In this document: one piece after another, positions 1 to 12,829 of the stretch
Layout of the letters: each line of letters begins with the position of its first letter
Position numbering within the stretch: position 1 is the stretch's first letter
Origin: Psammoneis japonica
Taxonomy: Eukaryota
Direction of reading: 5' to 3'
Assembly (NCBI GenBank): GCA_008632985.1
Contig: QPGO01000001.1
Span: 714,404 to 778,403 of the forward strand
DNA: 64,000 nucleotides
Translations under genes and position numbers: made by a program
The notes under the pieces: generated by a model
Seen by the model: the letters and a program-made list of their open reading frames with translations, nothing else
Database searches by the model: none
What the model was told of the DNA's origin: nothing

Positions 1-1976
1 TTGCAAGGAGCTGTGACAACGGTGCCAAGCTGTGGAAAAATGATGTGGGGCAATTTTGTGCTTTTCTCATGGAGTGCAAAATGGAAAAGGATGGCAAGCA
101 GAAAGGCACCCACTGGAAGCCCAGATTGCAGGCTCAGTGCCACTCTGGTGTTTGCACGGTTCTCAAACAACGCAAGTTTCCAGCAGGAGTGCTGTGCAAG
201 AAAAGCAAGCATGACGAGCTCAACAAATCATTGAAAATGTGGGCCAGAATGGCTGCAATTGAGCATGGGGACTCTCCAGAGGATTCTACCGTGGGCCTGC
301 ATTGAGACCTTTTGGAAGCTGTCAATCACATCCTCATGAAGGAGGGTCGCTGCTGTGACCGTGCCATCACCACCACGGTTTGTCATGCCGTTGGACAAAC
401 AGCTGAAGCAGGCACGTGGGTGTGGGAGGTGACAAAATGGAACCCACAGCAAGAGCAACTGGAAAGCAACTGGCGAGAAACAAAGACATCAAAGAATGCA
501 TTCATGACTTGGCACATCGATGCAAACAATTTCTTGGTTTGCCTGTGCCACGCTCTTGCAGCATGCATTGTCACAGTCAGTGGGAAGCTAGAAACGACCC
601 CAGCAGATGATGACAGCACGGCAAACTTTGTGTTTCCCGAAATCAAAGACTTGGCCAGTGGTGGCACCGCTGCAAAGGTTTCACGCATCCTTGAAAGTGC
701 ACAGGACAAGGTCAGTGGATTGATGAAGGAGCACACGAGCCACAGCTTTTGGGTGGGCTCTGCGGACGACATGGTTTTCCATGGTTTTTTAAATGCAGTG
801 GCCTCTGTTGCTGGAGGCAACTGGGATTTCAAGGGGGACTCAGCTGTCTTTGGCTGCTGCACAATGAAACTTGTTGCAGCAATGGCGGGAAAAAGTTTGA
901 GCCAATGGGCTGACCCAGGACAAGACGTCTACGTTCCCAAGCCAAACGCCATTCTCACTCCCAAGAACTCTGATCTGACAAACAATTGGATGTTCTCCCT
1001 GTTCTCAACTGTTGGGATTCGTGCCCTTTCACCAAGTGGTCACTTGAATGACTTTCGTCCAGCGATGCTTGCGATGTTGCTCATGCACCACGAGGAAGTT
1101 GCAGAGACATGTGGATGCCAGGACCAGCTTGTTCCTCAACTGATGGACTCTGCAAAGGTGCTGCACGTCGACAGCAACAAGCTTGTAGAGTGGGGAAAGA
1201 AGATCAAGGAGGATTTTGTTGCAAACAATGCTGGCAACTTCTGAAAGAGCACGTGCACCTCTGTGGAAGAGAGACAACAAATCCAGATTGACACATGGAC
1301 CAAGGGACTCAGGGACGTCAAGGAGATGCAGAGGAACACACTCAGCAAGGTGAAGAGTCTTAAAACCACCATCAGACATCTCACAGACTACATCATGTCT
1401 CTCAACCTTGCTCAATTGTTGTCACCATCGTCGCCCAAGAAGAGACAGCGAATGAATTCAGATGACTCTGCAGATGACAGTGAAATGCAGGCTGAGGTTC
1501 AAGCAGCCACCGTGAGTGCAAATGAGTTGTTGATGCACACTCAGAGGACTCAACCAGTGCAGGCATTCTCAAGCAACAAGCATCTTTGAGAAACATCCCT
1601 GCACATTTTGCTGAAGACAACAGTTGAGTGCAGGACTGCATGGCAATTGACGTCTGTGCACAACCCATTTGGTGCTGCCATTGAGATTGCCAGCTCAAAG
1701 GGAATGTCGTGAAGGTGCTGGACGACATCCAATCAAGAAGAGCGTGCATGTCTGGATGGAACTGACTGCCCCAATGACAAGAGTGGCAAAAATTACACCG
1801 CATGGCCAGGATGCGCATGTGATGTTTTGAAGTCTGTGGTGCTCAAGTGCATTTTCCATTTGGTGGAAGAGTGCAATGAGATGGTGCCACAGTGCAACAA
1901 ACTTGTCAAGCCAAAGAAACAAAATGCTGCTTGAAGCTTTGCAGGTGGTGCAAAAGACAATCAATGGGTGATCCAA
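1..1976 (+). mobile_element. Decayed tyrosine-recombinase (Crypton-like) element, 5' part outside window
   Basis: ORF 312-1244 contains HTSHSFWVGSA (HxxR box with CGG->TGG at 750-752), then GNWDFKGDSAVFGCC, where the W...Y motif would sit with Tyr replaced by Cys. Broken reading frames continue to ~1976. The region is TpA-depleted. Confidence 0.45.
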
Positions 1977-4539
1977 GGAAAGTCAAAGGCAGACAACAGA
2001 GTGGGAGCCATTTGCTCCATCTGGGAGAAGCTCAGCAGCAGCAACAACAACGACAATGACAACCTTGAATGAATGATGATGTTCAAGGCACAGCCAACAA
2101 CAACTGCAATGTTTGCAGCAACAGCAAAAAAACAACAGCACCCGCAACAGGGGCAGCAGCAATGCCCCAGCAGAACCACTCACCCCCAACGGTGCCGCCA
2201 TCAGCAGCCTTGCCCTCTAACAGTCCACCACTGGTGGCACCATGGCACTGCCCCCAACAGCACCGTGACCATCGGCACCGCCAACAGCACTGCCCGCCCC
2301 TGACTGTGCTGCCACTGGCAGCCCAGCAGTCTGCCACTGGTGGCACTGCAGCACTGCCCCCAATGACAGCACCACCATCGGCACCGCTGACAGCAACACT
2401 GACCCCAGTGCTGCTTGTGCCACTGTTCATTGTCGCACAGCATGATTTTGTTGACTCGTCATGCCCATGCTTTCTGAAGGCGACTCAATCAAAAGAATGT
2501 TCACAGTGGCAACAGTCACAGCAGTGGCAGCAGCAGCAGACTCAACAAGAGTCAATCATCACAGCAGAACAAACAAACTTGCAAACAAGTGATGAGACTT
2601 GGGAGGTCATCGGCATTCTGACCACTCCTTCAAAGAAGATGGTCAGGCACCCCCGCATTGGAGGTGCCCAATCACCACCCACCCCCCAGGATGCACAATC
2701 CCTTTGCTCTCATCAAACAATTCATGCAGAAGGTGGGATTGCCGAGGAGCCACAGCTGCAGGTGGCATCCTCGGCAGACACTCAAGCCATTTGGAGATGT
2801 GAGCATCCTCGTCTGCCCATGTTTTGGGACTTTTCCAAAAGCAGCAGATTGCAGAGTGCAACAAAGAACACTCCTTCTCATTGAGCCGCCCAGCATGACA
2901 TTGGTGCTGCACCTGCTGAAGCCGGCCCCCCGCATGTGACATGTGATTTAGCATCACATGTCATCCCACTCATTGCCAATGCTCATCAGGCACTCTGCAC
3001 TCGACAACCCTGACACCCACCAATTCCATCAATCTCTTGGCATCACAAAGCATCTCAATTTTCTGCAAGAGAGCAAACAAAGTTTAAAGCAAAACAAAAG
3101 ATTGAGAAAATGAATGCTGGCCATTGAACAGATCACACCGGCATCATGCCGGCATCATTTTTGCATGCACCCATTGATTGTTCCGGCAAATTCAACAAGA
3201 TGGTGTGGAAAATGAAGCAGTGTGAGGACACACATTGCGACAGAGAATGCCTTGATTTGCTTTTTTGACACAAATTGGGGTGCGACAGCAGCAACGCCAA
3301 TCGCGTCAACACAAACAAAACAACACTCATTTTTTTTTCCGGAGCCTGTGGTCCACCGACTCGAACGTTTTTCTTGGAACACACCTGCACAGCCCTGTCA
3401 AAATGTGGATTGAGACCACATGAAGTCATCCACAGAACACAGTGTCATGGCTCTGTGCATGTTGCGGTTGTTCAGACACACAGCACCGGTGACATGTGAT
3501 GTCATGTCTCATTGTGCAGCAGCCGCACAGCACACGCATTGGAAGCGTTGGTGGTTGGTGCATGTGAGGTGATTGTTGTGGTGTCGTGTCCCTCAGTTTT
3601 GAATGTGTCGTCCTTCGGTGTTTGTGTGTCTGTGTGTGGCAGTTGTGCACTTGTCATGTCCCTCTGACATTGGGTGTGCTGCCCCTCTGATTCGACACAT
3701 TGCAGAAATGATCTCACGCGCGTGGTTGTTGGACTGTGTGGGCGTGTGTGCATGTGTGAGGTGCAAGCAGAACATGCGTAGAATCACCACTGAGTGAGTT
3801 GACAGGCGGTGGATTTTTGCCGGCACACAATCTACAGGCTCTGCAGGGAAGATAAATTCAGGTTGGTTCCTGAGGCTTTTAAATGTCATTGAATTTTCTC
3901 ATGCCTTTAATTTGTGCACACACACCAATTCAAAAGTCTGACAGAACACCCCGAAAGAACTCTGGAATCTGTGTGAAAAAAATTCCATTTGACGGTCTGA
4001 ACAGGGTTGTCACGAAGTGCTTCTCAAAATGTCTTCCAATTGAACACAGCAAAATGTCTGCCATTGGCAAAACAGAGTCACTGTGAGCAAAAAAGGTCCC
4101 TGTCCTTCGCGCACAATGACAGCGGAATGATGATGCACAACAACGCCATGGCAAGCAACGCGAACCCGTTCACTTGTCTGCGCACTTCCTCTGGTGAGCG
4201 ACAATTTTCCATGGTGAAACCAATGGGAATCTTTTGAAAATGACCCATGACGTGCAACCCATAAATCAGTTGAGGACGCCTGTGGAATCTGCACGTTTCT
4301 GCACTGAAACTGTCATGTTCACACAATTTGTGCAAAAACAGACTTGACTTTTGTCGGGTCAGGCGCATTTTTGCAAATGTGTTGAAGAAAAATGCACCTG
4401 ATTAGAAAACAGTCAAATCCATTTTTCGCGAAGTTAAAATTCACTGAGGACAGACAGACAGACTTGTCTTTGTGATGTCCCACACGATTTCCACGCAATG
4501 ACTCTGCAGCGCGTGTGATGCAGCACCGCTTCTGCACGC

Positions 4540-5990
4540 AAGCAGTCTCGGCAGGAAAAGCATCCACTGCCCACAACCCAACATCGTCAACCATCAAAAC
4601 ACATTCCAACATGGAACCGCTGCCGCCGCAGCAACGATGAGACATGTCGCTTGTGCCGTCAACTGCAACTTCGTGTGCGACGACACTGTGTCATGGACCC
4701 TCCTCCACCACATCCAAGTGTCCACTCAATTGGTGCATTGGTGCAGGTGGCGCCGGAACACCGCACGGGATGACCCGACAGTGAAGGTGGAATCGGCCAC
4801 GTCACGGAATTCAATGCTGCCAATGGCCGAGAGCATGTGTGGTGTGCAATCAACAGCAGTCTCAGTTTTGATTTTGTTCCAGGGACACTCACCCCGGCTT
4901 CATTGGCTGCAAGTGCTCGTTGGAGATCACCAAATGAAACTCGACGGCCATTGACATTGACAACAGAACAACAATTTTCAGAGAGGTGGCCGCACAAGGT
5001 CGATTGTGCTTGTGCCGGTGGAAAGGTGAAGGCAAAGAAGGACTCGCATTGCCGTGCACACAGAGCTGATGAAATGTTCCATTGTCCAAAGGTTGCAGAG
5101 GACTTGTTGCGTCGTAAAGGCAAGGAGTGTTTTCAGAATTGGGAGGTTGCTGGATCGAATTTGGGGACAGAACGAAATCTGAAATTTGCACAGTTGGATT
5201 GCTTCCGCAACATTCTGTTGGCAAAGTTGGGAGCAGTTGCTCAGAGGGCAGAAGAAAACGGCATGGAAAAACGAGCACATCTTTGGTGCCAGTGGGACAA
5301 CACAACACCACACATTGACAAGGTTCTCGTGGCCGGCATTGATCGTGAATTCTCTTGACGCTGTTGGGAGCTTGCACCACAACCTCCAAACTCCCCACTC
5401 ACCAACGTTGAGGATGTGCGCTTCTTTCCGGCAATGGCCAAGAGGGTCACTGAAGACCAAGGCCTTGAAAATGGCGGTCGATGTTTGCAGGGGGGGCAAC
5501 TGTGGGCATCCGTTTGTCGCGTTTATGATCGCTGTCCCAAGGGAACAATCGCCCGGTCGTTTGTGCACCACAGTCAAGTGGTGAACGCTGTTTTTCAGTG
5601 TGATGGGAGGGATGATTTTGCAAAGGATTTGCGGTTGCTTCACTGTGGAATTCGGAACTTTTTTCAGTGTGTTTGTGACTCAGAAGAGACGCAGAATCCC
5701 ACCGGAGTGGAGGTGATTGAGCACCTTAATCCGGTGGAACAGAATCTGCGGCACCCGACGCCGGATGTCATTGGGGACGGGTGCAATCCGGCAGACTTCT
5801 TGAGTGAGAACGAGCTTTCAATGTTGGTGAACAATGCAGACCACTCATGTGAGGATGCTGAAGTGCATCTCATGGCGGAGCTAGAACAGAATCGGGAGCT
5901 GTTCGATGCCGAGGCGCACCTGGAGCAGCGCTGTTTTTTGGAAGGTGCTGTCTCTAGAGAGTTGACAGCGTGCACTTGGAACCAGCACTG
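4540..5990 (+). mobile_element. Decayed Tc1/mariner (DD39D-like) transposase
   Basis: QWDNTTPH (~5290-5313) and QPPNSPLTNVEDVRFFPAM (~5379-5437) match the Q.DNA.PH...QPPNSPDLNVLDLGFF signature of plant/stramenopile mariner-like transposases. Frameshifted; TIRs not identified. Confidence 0.7.
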
Positions 5991-6566
5991 GAGTGTCTGT
6001 GTCATCCTGCTGTTGTGTCAAATTGGTGTTTTATTCCGTAGTCTGGCCAAAAGGAGCAATTCAATGGCAAACTCTAGAAAGTTTTGGTGGTGGCGCGAAA
6101 GGTGGCGCGAAACGGCGCGTGAACAAAAAACATGTGGAAGCAGTGCCACGAGGTGTTTCCTCGTGGACAATTGTCGCTTGCCGGAGGAAGTGCCAGCTGG
6201 TGTATTTCCAGATAAGATCAAAGCCATTGGACAACATTTATGTGCTACATTCCTGGGTCAAGTTGGGTTTCTTCTCGTTGCTTGTTGCCGTGTCACTTTA
6301 CAACGTCTTGACCCACGCCGTGTTTTTTGCTTTGGCTGCTTCTCTGCTCGATCCGTCCGCGCCGCACCACGCCGAACAGCTTTTCCTGCAGGGTATGGCT
6401 AGTTGCTCATCACATCGAAACCAAACGTGCGCGACCAACTAGCCCTACCGCTCACACGCCACACCCGAAGATATAATATTTTTTGTTGCAATCAATCAGC
6501 GTAAGCTTATACAGTAAACAGTATATTGCTTTCATAACCACAGTCGGTACGAACGGCGCAACAACA

Positions 6567-7784
6567 ATGGCGAACAATGATGAAAGGGCACTCCTCAATT
6601 ATGTGCGCCAAAGAGACTGGACGAGAGCCATTGAATTGGTTGATGCAACAGGCTCCCAGGAAGAGCTTCGGAGACTCGCAACGGCAAGCGACCCTCAGAC
6701 CGGATGCGCACCAATTGACTTTGGCTGCGTCAACGTATCCCCAAGGGCGGAGCGTTTCGTTGCTGCTCTGTTGAGCAGAATGCCGTCCATCGCAAGCGTT
6801 CGCAATGCGAATGCTGAGATTCCGTTGATTCATGCGATTCGTAGAAGCTCGGTGGCTGTTGTTCGAATGTTGCTGGAAGCAATGCTCCAGTCCGGTTTGC
6901 AGACTGAGAATGGGCCAGATGCAACAAAGCTTGTTACGTGCAGATCTATTAACCCACACACCGGCGCGGCCTCCAAATGCAAGTTGAATGCTTTGGCACT
7001 GTTGTGCTCGTGCACTCAAAATCGCAAGAAAATGAGACAAGCATGCCGTCGCATCGAAACTGGGGAAAGTACTCTTGCAAGCATTGCAGCAAATGCCCTC
7101 GGTGATGAGAGTCGCGACTTGAACAATGATTTTTTCGAGAGGCTGACGCTTGTGCTAAAAGCGTTTTACCACAGGTCGATTGCAGACACTTTTTTGTCTG
7201 ACGGAAAGGCATTCAGACTGTTGCACGCGTGTTGTGGGATCGAACACTGTCCACCAAGTCTACTACAACTTGCAATTGTAGGAAATCGTGATCAAATGAA
7301 AGAGATGGACGAGGATGGCAACATGCCCATCCATGTTGCTGCATCTGCTTCTTTCGTCAAGCACACTTGTGAAAGTCCTTTGTGTTGTTGTTCCACTTTT
7401 AAGATGAATGACGCGGCCCTTGCAACAAGGGCGGCACTGCGATGTGGTACTCTGAAAGCAACGATGCAGACACTAGTGAGAGTAAAGCCTGATGTTGCTA
7501 AGGAATCAAACCGAGATGGCAAGCTGCCTTTGCACTTAGCAATCGAAAGCGGCCGAGAATGGGATGAGGGCGTTGACACTCTGGTCAACGCTCATCCGGC
7601 TTTGCTTACAGTCCAAGACCAGAACGGACTCTTTCCATTCATGCTTGCCGCTACTGAAAATACGTCACCCTTGACGGTTGTATACAAGCTCTTCCGCATG
7701 AACCCTGAACCCAAAATCTATGACACTAGCGTCGCCACAGTGAAAGAAGGCGTTGCTCCTCCACCTCTCAAACGGTTAAAATGA
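6567..7784 (+). CDS. Ankyrin-repeat-like protein
   Basis: Open 405-codon frame from ATG 6567. Motifs DEDGNMPIHVAA, NRDGKLPLHLAIESG, DQNGLFPFMLAA and LTVVYKLFRMNP; basic C-terminus PPPLKRLK. Normal dinucleotide content. Confidence 0.85.
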   Translation: MANNDERALLNYVRQRDWTRAIELVDATGSQEELRRLATASDPQTGCAPIDFGCVNVSPRAERFVAALLSRMPSIASVRNANAEIPLIHAIRRSSVAVVRMLLEAMLQSGLQTENGPDATKLVTCRSINPHTGAASKCKLNALALLCSCTQNRKKMRQACRRIETGESTLASIAANALGDESRDLNNDFFERLTLVLKAFYHRSIADTFLSDGKAFRLLHACCGIEHCPPSLLQLAIVGNRDQMKEMDEDGNMPIHVAASASFVKHTCESPLCCCSTFKMNDAALATRAALRCGTLKATMQTLVRVKPDVAKESNRDGKLPLHLAIESGREWDEGVDTLVNAHPALLTVQDQNGLFPFMLAATENTSPLTVVYKLFRMNPEPKIYDTSVATVKEGVAPPPLKRLK

Positions 7785-8702
7785 CACAGTCCTTGATTTC
7801 GACGGTTGTCGTGAAGGTCTCATTGCAGTGTCCGTACAATTGCAGGGCAAATCTCACGATACTATTGTGTGCCTGGTGACTGTTTTGGATTAGAATAGTT
7901 TGGATGTCGATGAGATCTGGGACATCTGTTGAATACGCTCTCAGGGTTGTACCTGCTCTCTCTTTTAGTCAGTATGACATTGCCTTGGCTGCTGCTTCTT
8001 CTGCGGACAGGGACAAATGATAGTCGCAAACGCAACATATTCCTTGAGTATATGGATATCTAAGGATTGGGTTGGCAATCGTATTTTGAGTTTCCTCTTC
8101 ATGAATTCGTCATGGCTCATATTTGTAACTGTCCATTTTGGAGTGCGGTAGTTGTATTCTGGTTTCAGCTTGCAGCCCATCATTATCTATCCTTGTCATG
8201 GTAGCCACAATCTTTCTTCTCGGCCCGTGCTGGTTCAACTACTTTACCTACCGAGTTTGCCAAGTAATCGGCTTCGTTCCTTCGAGTGGCATACAATATA
8301 AGCCCACTGTAATTTGAGGAGTCTTCATTGGTGTTTACATTTCACAAGGAAAATGAGATGAAAGAGCCATCAACGGTCGTTTTGAGCTCGCTGCATGTTC
8401 CTACAATATCCACGTCCCGGGTACTATGACAAACCTGGATGAAGTCTCCCTTTCGTTCTTTCTTTTTTTTTTTTGCACTCAAGTAGTGAGCGACGTGAAA
8501 CCAGAACAAGTAGCTATTGACTGTATCAATGAACTTTTCCGCGCAAATTAAGGAGCCCAAAGCCTGCAACACTGGCTCTGTTCCTTTCGAAATGGATTGA
8601 GTTTGAATGTCTAAAATGATTTGAGATAATTTATATCTATACACAGAGCGTATTGAGTGAGAAGAGGGTCCTCGTATATACTCTACAACTTCACAATCTT
8701 CT

Positions 8703-8745
8703 GTAGCTACTCTCTACTCTAGCTACTAGAGAGTAGAGTAGCTAC
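8703..8745. repeat. Imperfect palindrome built from CTA/TAG units
   Basis: GTAGCTACTCTCTACTCTAG-CTA-CTAGAGAGTAGAGTAGCTAC; the arms are near reverse complements. Lies ~20 bp upstream of ATG 8767. Confidence 0.6.
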
Positions 8746-8909
8746 CGGTAGAGTAGAGAGAGGGCAATGGCTGTAAGGCGGGTCGTCGCATTTCCACCAT
8801 CACCCACGACTGACGCCGCGCTTTACAACCTCCTCGTAGAGAAAGCAAATACTGCATTGACAATCTGCATAGAAAAGTGAACTACTTTTACTACCGCGAC
8901 ACTTTTACA

Positions 8910-9782
8910 GAATTGAACAAAATAGAGAAAGCAAAATTGGCAACCATGATTGCAGCGGAAAAGCATGTCTTGGAGCAACCGGACCAGGACAAAGTCAGAA
9001 TACTCGTAATTTGAATGGGAGATCCGAAAGCACAAGCAGCCCTGTTTGAAGGGATACGACAACGGTATGGACGGTTCGAGAGAGTCGAATCAACTTCAGC
9101 CTCTATTACCAAATATAGGTACTTGTACATGATTGATGGCGTTGAGCTTGAGTTTCTCGACGTGTCTCGTTTGTGTGCAAGTCAATCGAACGGCGACTGG
9201 ACCAAGTATCTAGCAAACAGGGACGCGGCCTTGTTCATTGCAGACTTAGCCGACTATCATGAATATTGTGATTCCTGCAAAGAGTGCAATGATAAAAAGC
9301 CAGCAAAAAAGAATCGAACGGGGCGCGCCTTGGAGAGTTGGGCGAGACTGTGCAATTCAACAGAAGCAAAAGGGATTTCCAAAATCCTCATACTGAATCA
9401 AAAGGAGGCGTTTGCGGAAAAGATACTGTCGACTGACATTCAAGATCAGGGACCATTCAGGGACTTTGCAGGGAAACCAAAAAACTTTGAACAGGGAGTC
9501 CGGTACTTCGTCAAAAAGTTCAAAGACTGATGTGAAGACTGCCAACGTTCCAACTTGTTCATTCGTGTGACTTCTCCGCACGACAGCGCCAACTCGGAAT
9601 TCATACTTGAATGTATCGGAGCCATCATCATTATTGAAAATTTACAAAGATCTGGGTTGCTGGATGGTTCAGCAGACACTGCGTCTGTTGCGCTCAGAGT
9701 CAAGAACTGGCTTCGAAAGGCTGAACATCGAATGATGCATCGAGCTTTCGTCACGCGTTCTTTTCCTTCAGTAGCGCGATAG
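8910..9782 (+). pseudogene. Divergent heterotrimeric G-protein alpha-like sequence with two in-frame TGA stops
   Basis: KVRILVI*MG, LEFLDV..W..Y, ALFIADLADYHE, KNR..AL, SKILILNQKEAFAEKI, VRYFVKKF and LFIRVTSPHDSANSEFILECIGAIIIIENLQRSG occur in the G-alpha motif order. Stops at 9012-9014 and 9528-9530. No helical domain. Confidence 0.7.
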
Positions 9783-10679
9783 TTTATACTTCTACCAACA
9801 AAATACATTTCGATACCCGAGCCAACGCAGAAGTTTCCTGAAAAGACAACAGGATGGAAGAAATAATGTGAGAGAAAGGACTTTGCTGTTCTGGTGCACC
9901 GGTTGATCAACAAAAGATGTTTCCACCCATCAGAGAGAAAGTATGTTCTTTTCATCGTAATCCACCAAGTCCAAAAACTTGTACCACGTATCCAACTCCC
10001 TGTGCAAAGGTTTTTGTCTTCGTCATGTGGGCTGGTGCGTCAGTACAACTCGCGAGAACAACGACTATACGCACAACTTACAAAGTGATTTCATGATCTC
10101 CCTGTATGGTACACTCGCAGGGAGAACAAAACCTTTAGCGATGAGATGAAAGGATATGACAAGCAACTGGTGAACCTCACTGTATCTTGTCTATCCGTTC
10201 AGCGTAAAATACCTCCTTAGGTATCCATCAAACGCGTACCTATATCTCGAAGTTTCTCCTGGAACATGGGTAGCGCCCGCACGGACGCCCCTCAAGCCTC
10301 TCGTGTCTTTCAGCAGAGCGGTTCGATTGCCTTTTCGGACCCACAAATCACCGTCATGTCTGACTGCGTTGGCAGCAGCAGAAAGAAGCCCAGCCATCCA
10401 TCTGCTGCGGCAGTTGGCGCCGCCATGGTTTAGTTTTTCAGAATGAGATGCGGCATGAAACAGGTGGAAATCAAAAGATTCCTGATTCCACCTGCTCCGT
10501 TCGCCCGACCCATGACTGGATGATCGCGGGTGACAAACAAAAACAAGAATCAATCATCTCAAAGCAAGGATCGTAGCGCGAACCCCAACCCAACCTGGCA
10601 GCAAGAAGAAAAAGTGTTGCACACAGTGTAGCAAACGTGAACTTCATCACCGACGTAATGCAACATTTTATGAAAATGA

Positions 10680-10790
10680 CACAATGGGAGAGAAAGCATT
10701 TTTTGTTGGCAACCAAGATTGCACCTGTGCCGGATGAGCATGTCTTGGAGCGACCAAACCTGGGCAAAGTCAGAGTTGCGCCAGCCAGCC
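10680..10790 (+). repeat. Diverged partial duplicate of 8920-9005
   Basis: gagaaagca...ttggcaaccaagattgca...gcatgtcttggagcgacc...caaagtcaga aligns with gagaaagcaaaattggcaaccatgattgca...gcatgtcttggagcaacc...caaagtcaga. Confidence 0.6.
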
Positions 10791-11139
10791 CTGCAGTGCT
10801 CTCTTTGGACACCAGCCTGACTCTTTCTCTGGTGGGTTCATGTTGCAGTAGTTGCATCCTCCCATCACGATGTTTTTCATTTTTTTCGAATGGCAGATGC
10901 ACAGATGCCGAATGGCATGTCCCTTCCGGGTGCAGAGACAGTCGCTTGAGCTCTGCATGCAACAACTGAGTTGGTGACTGCTGTGTTGTGGCAGCACTGT
11001 GCTGTGTGTTCTTGTGACTGACAATTTGCAAGTTTGTTCTTGTGACTAACATTTTGCAAGTTTGACAGTGCCAAGCTGGTCCCGCGCCAATGTGGTCGTC
11101 TGTCAAGTCAATGAGAGCCATGCAAGCCACTTGAGAATT

Positions 11140-12775
11140 TTGTGGAAGCTGTCATTTTGCTCCACTGTGGTTGTTGCTTCTGCTTTAAGATTGACTTTTC
11201 ATGTGAGGCAAATTTTTTTGCTCTTGCCATTGCTGCTGCTTTTGCTCACCAACCAAACACCTTTTTTTTGTGCTTGGTGCATGGTGCATGCGGGCTCTGG
11301 CAAAACTGCACACATGGAAAATGTGGTGGGTGTTGCTGGGGCAATGAGAGCACTGCATTCTGCCATTTCTCTCTTTCTGCTTGCAGTGCAAAAGCAGTGC
11401 AAGTTTTTGTTCTTCTTGCACTGCATCAGTCCATTTTTCCCAACAACTTTGAAGACAGCACCCCGCTCAAGGAGAGCCAACAAGGCTCAGTTTCACCCAG
11501 GGAAGTGGGCAACCTGCTGCCACTGTGGCAAACACCCAAAGCAATCAAAAAAAGATGCACAAATGACACAGAAACATCAGCTCCAGTTGAAATGCCAGTT
11601 GTGCTGTGAGTGCCCCCCCCCCCNNNNNNNNNNNNNNNNNNNNNNNNNNNNNNNNNNNNNNNNNNNNNNNNNNNNNNNNNNNNNNNNNNNNNNNNNNNNN
11701 TGTTTTTTTCTTTTGAGCCAGCCCCAAACCCATCAGGAGCAACAAGACTTCCAGGAAACTTTTGCAGGTTTATGTCAGAGTGAAGTCAGCTTGTCAGGGA
11801 ACAAAGCAAGAGCCGCCGTCCTCACAGCACAAAAAAGAAGACAAAAGTGTGGCAAAAAACATGAGCATCAGCAAGTCAGCCATTTTGGAGCGGCCACAAG
11901 TGTGGCCTGCAGACACAGCTGTCCTTTCAAAACAGGCCACAATTTTTGTGCATGATTTCTTTTGGAGTCAAATGCTCAGCAACACACAGGCTTCAAGAAG
12001 CTTTGCCAATGCTCTTTGTCTGGGTCAAATTGTTGCGTGCAAAGCAAGAGCTGCCGCGCACCACTTGTTGGTGAAGCGCGATGCACCACACCACACATGC
12101 CCCAGCATGCACGGCAACACACAATTGCATCTGCTCCCTGGTGCCATTTTTTAGAGAGTGGGCATTTGTTTGGAGTTGCGCAGCACGTGGGTGAGCAAGT
12201 GCTGTTGTTGGTGCAACAACACAATGGGCATGCGTGACAAGGGTACGGGTGACGGACGGACTGCCCGATTGCCTCAGAGGTGAGAGTGCGCCCGCCTGAC
12301 ATCGACACGAAAGCATCACCGCAGCAGCACCATGACACGACACAAACAATGCCACAGCAATAGAATGCAACCTCCAACAAGAGGCAGAGCAATGGACTCA
12401 CTTTGTTGCTGACATGCTGGTGGACCTGTGATGACCTTGAGTGACAAGAGGCCATCCGAACCCTCGTGTCAGTGCTGACGTCAATGCCATTCTCATCGCT
12501 CACACCTTTGTGTCACGCACACACCACCATGCACGATCAGAAACATGCCAGAGTCTGTGTAGATTCTACGACGGAGTGACTGTGTGAAAGAGAGAGGTGT
12601 CACTTTGGCCATGAGAACCCCACTTCCCGCCATTCATTTCTTACGAGAGCTGTCACAAATGTTCTACAAGGCGTCACGGCATGACTGAGCATCGCGAAAA
12701 CAGCCAAATCAACTTTCATCCTTCGCATGTCATTTCTGCTTTTGCAAAAGAACAACAACAGCATTCATTGTCACC
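11140..12775 (+). repeat. Duplicated upstream block of the propeller gene family (copy A; paralogous to ~24100-25380 and, reverse-complemented, ~49940-50410)
   Basis: Shared strings include aacctcc(a/g)caagaggcagagcaatgg, atccgaaccctcgtgtcagtgctgacgtcaat, ggagcaacaagactt and cagcacacaggcttcaag. Confidence 0.85.
11624..11700. other. Assembly gap (N run) after a poly-C tract
   Basis: 77 Ns. The flanks align to the paralogous block at ~24465-24580. Confidence 0.99.
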
Positions 12776-12829
12776 ATGAACCGTTCCAACAAGAAAGTGA
12801 CCCCCAGCAAGCACAGTGACTGCGACACA

